Below, in pieces: positions 57,971 through 64,000 of a DNA stretch of 64,000 nt. This DNA is from a bacterium. GTDB taxonomy: Bacteria; Patescibacteriota; Saccharimonadia; Saccharimonadales; UBA4665. The notes beneath the pieces are model-generated. The model made no database searches. It saw nothing but the letters and a program-made list of their open reading frames with translations, and was not told the origin of the DNA. Both the position numbers and the translations under genes were made by a program. The DNA is taken from NCBI GenBank assembly GCA_021841155.1, contig JAKBVU010000001.1, positions 10,112-74,111 on the forward strand, written 5' to 3'. The first letter of the stretch is position 1. The number at the start of each line of letters is the position of its first letter.

Positions 57971-59929
57971 TTAGACTTTTTTTAATGACTTTATAATATC
58001 ACGTAGCTCAGCTGCCAATTCGAATTGCAAATTTTTGCTTGCAAGTTCCATTTGAGCCGTTAAATCTTTAATTAGTTCTGGGTATTCATCCTTCGGAATT
58101 TTTTTAAAATCTATTTTAGCTTTTTCGGCTTCCGAACTTAACAAAATCTTCATAGAGTTTTCAACTTGACGATTAATAGATGAAGGCTGAATATGATGTT
58201 CCTGATTGTATTTTTGTTGAATTTCTCGACGCCTATTGGTTTCATCTATGGTTGCTTTCATAGAATCGGTCATTCGATCTGCATACATAATAACCCGACC
58301 CTCCAAATGTCTAGCAGCTCGGCCAGCAGTTTGAATTAAAGCAGTTTTACTTCTTAAAAAACCTTCTTTATCTGCATCCATAATCACAACAAGACTAACT
58401 TCAGGTAAATCAATTCCTTCTCTCAGCAAATTAATACCGACAATAATATCAAATTCTCCGGTTCTAACATTTCTTAAAATATCCGTTCTCTCTAAAGTTT
58501 CAACATCGCTGTGGATATACGCCACTTTATAACCTGCTTCAGTTAAATATTCAGTTAAGTCTTCACTCATTCTTTTTGTCAATGTAGTGATTATAATTCG
58601 TTGATTTTTAGCTATTACCCGTTTAATCTCATTAGTTAGATCATCGATCTGATTTTCAATTGGTCGGACATCTATCAAAGGATCAAGTAATCCTGTTGGT
58701 CGAATAACTTGCTCTGTGACCGCCGAACTATTCTTTAATTCGTAATCAGCAGGTGTGGCACTAACATAAACTACTTTATCAATATGTTTTTCAAATTCTA
58801 AAAATGTTAGTGGTCGATTATCTAAGGCAGATGGAAGTCGAAAACCGTACTCTACTAAAGTCTCTTTACGAGCTCGATCACCATTATACATGCCTCTAAT
58901 CTGAGGAATTGTCATATGGGATTCGTCAATCAGCATTAAATAATCATCAGAAAAATAATCTAGTAAAGTAGCTGGTTCTTGACCAATTTCTCGATTAGTA
59001 AAATAGCGAGCATAGTTTTCTATACCTTTAACAAAACCTGTTTGTTCTAGCATTTCTAAATCAAATTTAGTTCTCTGTTCAATACGTTGAGCTTCCAATA
59101 ATTTATCTTGACTTTTAAAAAATTTAATTCGATCATCTAATTCCTCTTGAATCAATTTTAGCGCTTGTTTAACCTTATCTTGTGTTGTAACATAATGTGA
59201 TTCTGGAAAAATAACTAATTGATCGAGCGACTCCATGATTTCACCAGTTAATACATCTAGTTTTAAAATTTTTTTAACATGATCATCAAAAAAATCAATT
59301 CGATAAGCAAATTCTTCACTGGCCGGAAAAACATCAACGATATCACCTTTTGAACGAAATGTACCTCGCTGAAAGTCAATTTCATTACGACTATATTGAA
59401 TATCCGTTAAATGACGAATAAATTTATCTCTATCTTTAGGTTCATTTTTTATAATTTTAAGTGATAATCCAGCATAATCTTCAATCGAACCTATACCATA
59501 AATACAACTAACACTGGCAACAATAATAACATCTTGACGTGTCAACAAAGAATCGGTAGCAGCATGTCTTAAACGATCAATTTCATCATTAATCTTGGAA
59601 TCTTTTTCAATATATGTATCTGATCGAGCAATGTAAGCTTCAGGTTGATAATAATCAAAATAACTAACAAAATAATGAACAGCATTATTGGGAAAAAAAT
59701 GCTTAAATTCGGCATACAATTGAGCAGCTAAAGTTTTGTTGTGAGAAATAATCAGAGTTGGTCGATTAAGATTTTGAATAATATTAGCCATCGTAAAAGT
59801 CTTACCGGAACCAGTTACGCCTTGAAGAGTTTGATAATTTTGATTATTTTTAAAATTATTAAGTATTTTATCAATGGCCTGCGGTTGATCACCGGTTGGT
59901 AAAAAATCACTCTTTAAATCAAATAACAT
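57971..59929 (-). CDS. uvrB: Excinuclease ABC subunit B
   Basis: 652-aa ORF with GVTGSGKT, helicase motifs and a C-terminal UVR domain (LQFELAAELRDIIKSL). Confidence 0.95.
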   Translation of the reverse strand: MLFDLKSDFLPTGDQPQAIDKILNNFKNNQNYQTLQGVTGSGKTFTMANIIQNLNRPTLIISHNKTLAAQLYAEFKHFFPNNAVHYFVSYFDYYQPEAYIARSDTYIEKDSKINDEIDRLRHAATDSLLTRQDVIIVASVSCIYGIGSIEDYAGLSLKIIKNEPKDRDKFIRHLTDIQYSRNEIDFQRGTFRSKGDIVDVFPASEEFAYRIDFFDDHVKKILKLDVLTGEIMESLDQLVIFPESHYVTTQDKVKQALKLIQEELDDRIKFFKSQDKLLEAQRIEQRTKFDLEMLEQTGFVKGIENYARYFTNREIGQEPATLLDYFSDDYLMLIDESHMTIPQIRGMYNGDRARKETLVEYGFRLPSALDNRPLTFLEFEKHIDKVVYVSATPADYELKNSSAVTEQVIRPTGLLDPLIDVRPIENQIDDLTNEIKRVIAKNQRIIITTLTKRMSEDLTEYLTEAGYKVAYIHSDVETLERTDILRNVRTGEFDIIVGINLLREGIDLPEVSLVVIMDADKEGFLRSKTALIQTAGRAARHLEGRVIMYADRMTDSMKATIDETNRRREIQQKYNQEHHIQPSSINRQVENSMKILLSSEAEKAKIDFKKIPKDEYPELIKDLTAQMELASKNLQFELAAELRDIIKSLKKV

Positions 59930-59935
59930 TTAGTC

Positions 59936-59944
59936 TTTATAGCA
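59936..59944 (-). promoter_or_regulatory. Extended -10 element for uvrB (leaderless pattern)
   Basis: Coding strand reads TGcTATAAA, then 6 nt to ATG 59929. No SD. Confidence 0.45.
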
Positions 59945-59950
59945 TACTTT

Positions 59951-60514
59951 TTAATATATATCGAGGTACTTACTGTATTCAGTATCTAAATAATGAGTTA
60001 ATTCTTCAATCAGTGCTTCAGCTGATTCATGAAAAAATACTTCTGATTTTTTTTTGATTGGTGATGCTAAAGACATAAGAGTTTGAATTTCTTCTGAAAT
60101 ACCACCAGCACCCTGTAAAAAACCAATTGGCGTTTCCGATTCCATAGCAATCGTAAATTCATGAAGCGTACCCAACCGACCACCTATACTAACCACAGCA
60201 TCACTCGACGTAATTAATAAAGCATCACGTCCAACATAATGAAGTCCAGTGTACAAAATAGTATCATAATCTTCAGTTGGCAATCTATATTTAATAACAT
60301 GTTCAACTTTTGAGGCAGCCGGTGAAATACCAACGCTCATTTTACCGCCAGCTTTTTTGTACCCTATAGCCGCATAATTAGGTAACCCGATTGTAGCTCC
60401 AGTCAACAAACTATGACCAGCAACCGCAATAGCTGCCCCTAATTTTTGAGCTAACAACTTACCTTCTTCAACACTTTCGCCTCTTGCTGCTCCTGATACA
60501 CAAATTTGATACAT
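59951..60514 (-). CDS. LOG/SLOG-family Rossmann-fold protein (TIGR00725-like, 'lysine decarboxylase-like')
   Basis: 187-aa ORF. GGRLGTLHEF matches the (P)GGxGTxxE motif of the LOG family, and it has an N-terminal Gly-rich beta-alpha start (ICVSGAARG). AAGGAA SD. Confidence 0.65.
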   Translation of the reverse strand: MYQICVSGAARGESVEEGKLLAQKLGAAIAVAGHSLLTGATIGLPNYAAIGYKKAGGKMSVGISPAASKVEHVIKYRLPTEDYDTILYTGLHYVGRDALLITSSDAVVSIGGRLGTLHEFTIAMESETPIGFLQGAGGISEEIQTLMSLASPIKKKSEVFFHESAEALIEELTHYLDTEYSKYLDIY

Positions 60515-60523
60515 TGTAATTCC

Positions 60524-61708
60524 TTATCTACTTAATTTTAACAATTGGTTTAAATAACTTTGATCTTGAATTTTAATTGATTGGAGGTAATAATCATTCA
60601 CTTCATTTGGATTAAAATAAGAAAAAAATAATTTTTTCTTAAGATTATCAACACCATGGCGCAAACTACGATTAACATAATCGTGGTTTTGTAACAAATC
60701 GATCGAAATATCAGCTAAATTCAAAGAAACAGCTTGATTATTTAAAACTGCTACTAAATAATTAACATCGTTCCAGAATTCAAAATTTGAACCAAAATTA
60801 ATATTTAAAAGCTCACCTGATAAATAATTAAATCTTCGATCATTAATTTCTTGATTTAAAAAATAATCAAATTGATTGGTTTTTTTAAGCCAATTTTGAT
60901 TATCTATATTAAGATTAACATTTAAACTGCATTTCAAAGAATTATATAAGTTTGAAAAATCTGGTCTAAAACTAAAATTTTCTAAAAGATAACTGACATG
61001 AATCCAGTTATTAACTAATTCCCAAAAACGATAAATTATTTGACTAAGTTGACCCGGTTGTTGTAATTTATTCTCCGAATAATTAACTAACATAATCTGA
61101 CCAGTCTCAAAATTATATAGAAGCTGATTAGATGAAAATTGTTCCAACGTTTGTCTACTAAGATATACTTTAAGCCTAGCTTTCACAAAATCAGAAACAC
61201 TTAAATTGTGTGTTGAACTATTAAAACGATTAATGAAGTTTTTGGTTTCATAATATTTAATACTCAATAATATTTCTGCTAAAGGTTCTCTTTTGATCAT
61301 TGATTGATAACTTCGATAACCCAAAAGACGTCTAGTTTTTAATGGTTTTAGACTTATAATCACTTGTTTAATCAAAGAAGATTTAATAGTTATAACTGGT
61401 TCCGTATCTTCCAATAAATGATTAAGGTACTGAATTAAACCATTAATTAATGAATCATGCTGATATTTTTCAATAAATTGATTTTCATCATATTTTATTT
61501 TTTCTCTCAAACCAAAGTAAACTTCATCTGGTGTTACGTCTTCAAAATCAAAGCCCAATAGCTTAATTTTTTGATTAATTTTTTGATTAATTTGATTGGT
61601 AAAAATAATATCAATCGACTGATTATCGTGTAAATGATTTAATCTTTTTAAATTTTGACTAAAAACGGTTGTATTTTGCAAAAGGGCTTGATTTAAGTAT
61701 TTTGTCAT
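60524..61708 (-). CDS. Hypothetical protein (394 aa), no recognisable domain
   Basis: Long intact ORF, 3 nt downstream of the PfkB-family gene and 9 nt upstream of the LOG-like gene. No motif recognised by eye. Confidence 0.6.
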   Translation of the reverse strand: MTKYLNQALLQNTTVFSQNLKRLNHLHDNQSIDIIFTNQINQKINQKIKLLGFDFEDVTPDEVYFGLREKIKYDENQFIEKYQHDSLINGLIQYLNHLLEDTEPVITIKSSLIKQVIISLKPLKTRRLLGYRSYQSMIKREPLAEILLSIKYYETKNFINRFNSSTHNLSVSDFVKARLKVYLSRQTLEQFSSNQLLYNFETGQIMLVNYSENKLQQPGQLSQIIYRFWELVNNWIHVSYLLENFSFRPDFSNLYNSLKCSLNVNLNIDNQNWLKKTNQFDYFLNQEINDRRFNYLSGELLNINFGSNFEFWNDVNYLVAVLNNQAVSLNLADISIDLLQNHDYVNRSLRHGVDNLKKKLFFSYFNPNEVNDYYLQSIKIQDQSYLNQLLKLSR

Positions 61709-61711
61709 ATG

Positions 61712-62716
61712 CTAAAATTTTGATGGTCGATACCAATCTGGTGAATTCCTTAAATAATTTTCTAATTCGTCTTGACTCAATAAACCACCCTGAGCGCCGA
61801 CATGTTGAACAACATTCATCGAATTAATTGGTGCAAACTGTAGTGCCATCTCTAGAGAATTATTGCGCATTAAGGCCCAAACAAATGTAGATGCAAACGC
61901 ATCACCAGCACCAGTTCTATCAACTGGTGGTTTAGGGTCAGGATAAAGTGGCATCGAAAACCTTTCAGAACCGTTAGAAGCATAGGCACCGTTTGGACCA
62001 TCAGTTACAACCACAATTTTGGGACCAAGATCATGTAATTTATTAATCAAATCATGAACATCCTCATGATTACCTCCACCAACTGTTACGGCTTCTTCAC
62101 GATTTAAAATTAAAACTTCACTCCGTTGATAGATTCTCTTTAATCTTTCTGTCCCTGCTTCCATCTGGAAAGTTCCTGGCTGAAAAGCTAATTTAACATC
62201 AGGATTTTGATCTAACCAATCTGAAATTTTATCATGATAGTCGATAGCGTGCTGACTAACTGAACTTAAGTAGATCCAAGTCGGCATTTCATTATCATCA
62301 ATATGTGGCCAAACATACTTATACTCTTCATGTTTAATTAGTATTGTACGATCATCTTTATACCACAAAACATAATGATAATTACTTTTTTTACCGGCAT
62401 TAATCCTAACGAATCTAGTATCTACTTGTCTGGTACCCAAAGCTCTAATCATATCTCGACCAAAATCATCATCACCAACATTAGTTATCAAACTACTGTT
62501 TAAATTAAGCTTAGCAAATGCAACGGCTGCATTAGCCGCATTACCAACTGACTCAATGACTTCAACATGATCATATGGTAATTTCGAACCATAAATCATA
62601 CTCAAAAAACTACCCTGATCATTATTAACAACCGATGCTTGATCATCTTTTAATTTAATAAAAGCATCTGTCACAATATCACCAACAGATATTACATTAA
62701 TTTTATTTTCCACCAT
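61712..62716 (-). CDS. PfkB/ribokinase-family carbohydrate or nucleoside kinase
   Basis: 334-aa ORF with the C-terminal DRTGAGDAF anion-hole/catalytic motif of the PfkB family. AAGGAG SD. Substrate not assignable from sequence. Confidence 0.8.
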   Translation of the reverse strand: MVENKINVISVGDIVTDAFIKLKDDQASVVNNDQGSFLSMIYGSKLPYDHVEVIESVGNAANAAVAFAKLNLNSSLITNVGDDDFGRDMIRALGTRQVDTRFVRINAGKKSNYHYVLWYKDDRTILIKHEEYKYVWPHIDDNEMPTWIYLSSVSQHAIDYHDKISDWLDQNPDVKLAFQPGTFQMEAGTERLKRIYQRSEVLILNREEAVTVGGGNHEDVHDLINKLHDLGPKIVVVTDGPNGAYASNGSERFSMPLYPDPKPPVDRTGAGDAFASTFVWALMRNNSLEMALQFAPINSMNVVQHVGAQGGLLSQDELENYLRNSPDWYRPSKF

Positions 62717-62725
62717 ATTCTCCTT

Positions 62726-63649
62726 TTAATTATCTATATAAATTGCTTTACCCTTGGAATTAAAATCATCAATTTTATTTTCAACTACAGCTTGAACAGC
62801 CGGAATAACTGAAGATGATAAAAGTTTTGCTACTGAATATTCATCCTTATGTTCTTTAAGCACTTTTTCTAAGGTTGTTCGATAAACATACCTCATGTCT
62901 GAATTAATATTAATTTTACTAACCCCAATAGCAACAGCGTCCCTAAAATAATGTCCTGGTGTGTCAGAGCCGCCATGAAGACTAATATTACAATCAATCG
63001 TATCTCTAATTCTTTGTAATAATTCAAGGTCGAGAATTTTAGGTACCGGATATTTGCCGTGCAAATTACCTATAGCGGCCGCAAAAGTATCTATACCGGT
63101 TGAAGAGACAAAAAATTGAGCATTCTCTGGAGTAGTGAAGGTTTTTTTAATTTCATCGTAATCTATAGTTTCTAAATGCAGATTAGAACTACCCCCAAAA
63201 TAATGTGGTTCACTTTCAACTAAAGCTCCAGTAAATTTAGCGTATTGAACAACTTCCTTTGTAGCTTCAATAATCTCTTGATCAGTAGCATCATGATTGG
63301 CTTGAGATATATCAATATGAATAAATTCAAAACCAGCATCAATTCCTAATTTAGCGTTTTCAACTGAAGGACTATGATCTAAATTAATATAGACTTCAGT
63401 CTTATACTCTCTTTTTAAATCATCAACCATATCTCTAATTGTTTCCAATCCTAAATCATCAACTTCACCCTGAGAAACCTCAACCAAAACCGGAGCATTT
63501 TTCTTAGAAGCTGCACCCAAAACAGCTCTTAAGGTAATCTCATCATCCAAATTAAAAGCACCAAAGGCCCAATGTTCTTGTCTAGCTTGGGCCATTCTTT
63601 CCCGTGCTCGTTGACAATTTAATTTAATTGACCTTAAACTTAATGACAT
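62726..63649 (-). CDS. fba: Class II fructose/tagatose-bisphosphate aldolase
   Basis: 307-aa ORF with class II aldolase blocks (FGAFNL, LDHS, SLHGGS). AAGGGG SD. Confidence 0.85.
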   Translation of the reverse strand: MSLSLRSIKLNCQRARERMAQARQEHWAFGAFNLDDEITLRAVLGAASKKNAPVLVEVSQGEVDDLGLETIRDMVDDLKREYKTEVYINLDHSPSVENAKLGIDAGFEFIHIDISQANHDATDQEIIEATKEVVQYAKFTGALVESEPHYFGGSSNLHLETIDYDEIKKTFTTPENAQFFVSSTGIDTFAAAIGNLHGKYPVPKILDLELLQRIRDTIDCNISLHGGSDTPGHYFRDAVAIGVSKININSDMRYVYRTTLEKVLKEHKDEYSVAKLLSSSVIPAVQAVVENKIDDFNSKGKAIYIDN

Positions 63650-63651
63650 AA

Positions 63652-64000
63652 TTACCCCTTAATTCTTACTATTTTTTTGATATTTTGAATTAAATTATCG
63701 CTATTAAGTCCAAAGTAATTCAATAATTCATCCGGTTGACCAGATTCACCAAAACGATCATTAATACCCAATCTAAATATTGGAACCGGAAAAAGACTAG
63801 TCGATAATTCACTGATTGCACCGCCTAAACCTCCACTTACCTGTCCTTCTTCAATCGTTATAGCTAATCTTGTTTTTTTTAAACTAGCTATTATTGTTAC
63901 ATGATCAAGCGGCTTAATTGTTGGAACGTGAATAACTTCACAACTAATTCCTTCATCCGAAAGTTGATCACTGGCTAAAAGCGCTTGAAAAGTCATTGCA
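63652..64000 (-). CDS. Transketolase C-terminal domain/subunit (5' part lies beyond the right window edge)
   Basis: The translated C-terminus ...VIHVPTIKPLD....EEGQVSGGLGGAI...GINDRFGESGQPDELLNYFGL is typical of the transketolase C-terminal domain. The ORF is open to the window edge. Confidence 0.8.
   Translation of the reverse strand, partial: AMTFQALLASDQLSDEGISCEVIHVPTIKPLDHVTIIASLKKTRLAITIEEGQVSGGLGGAISELSTSLFPVPIFRLGINDRFGESGQPDELLNYFGLNSDNLIQNIKKIVRIKG

Noticed and set aside
1-64000. Alternative genetic code (UGA recoded, as in Gracilibacteria/SR1 or Mycoplasma)
   Set aside because: All conserved genes are intact under the standard code, and TGA terminates tig, gatA and the SpoU-like gene at positions consistent with normal protein lengths.
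1-64000. tRNA, rRNA, CRISPR arrays, IS elements, integrases, toxin-antitoxin or defence genes
   Set aside because: Intergenic spaces are nearly all under 160 nt. None shows cloverleaf-like, rRNA-like or regularly spaced repeat structure, and no ORF resembles a transposase, integrase or known defence protein. This looks like a core-genome region.

Overview
This is an AT-rich (about one-third G+C by eye), very gene-dense bacterial chromosome segment. It reads with the standard code: TGA acts as a stop for tig, gatA and the SpoU-like gene. I support 67 protein genes, 63 on the minus strand, and found no rRNA, tRNA, CRISPR array, IS element or prophage. Positions 1-26.6 kb hold one uninterrupted co-directional core block: rpoB-rpoC-rpsL-rpsG-fusA-tuf, then the S10, spc and alpha operons, then rplQ-rplM-rpsI. 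I found rpmJ (L36) by hand at 3652..3768. L30 (rpmD) is absent between rpsE and rplO, and adk/map are absent between secY and infA. Together with the small, compact, AT-rich gene set and a lone PilB-like ATPase, this fits a reduced Patescibacteria/CPR-type genome (possibly Saccharibacteria-like), which the sequence alone cannot prove. Positions 26.7-64 kb hold housekeeping genes: clpP, tig, hisS, recG, tyrS, radA, clpC, nusA, pepN, rnhB, rplS, a malic enzyme, dnaE, galU, gatCAB, uvrB, and a PfkB kinase, class II aldolase and transketolase cluster. Six poorly characterised ORFs are interspersed among them. I see no defence island or obvious new multi-gene system. The most interesting signals are regulatory. 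(1) Two near-perfect CIRCE (HrcA) operators sit on clpP and clpC, each with the promoter -35 box inside the 9-nt CIRCE spacer. (2) There is a systematic split in start-site architecture. Fourteen operon-first genes have a -10 box 6-9 nt from the ATG and no Shine-Dalgarno, implying leaderless mRNAs. Operon-internal genes carry strong AGGAG-type sites. (3) nusA is preceded by a promoter followed by a GNRA-loop intrinsic terminator in its short leader. Secondary leads:
- a transmembrane ORF translationally coupled inside gatC-gatA-X-gatB
- a membrane HExxH coiled-coil protein in the clpC-radA unit
- a phospholipase C/P1 nuclease-like protein with an unknown partner
- a LOG-family gene and an unknown 394-aa gene attached to the sugar-phosphate cluster
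- an ~84-aa polyacidic tail on RpoB
All promoter, operator and function calls are sequence-based inferences without experimental or database confirmation.
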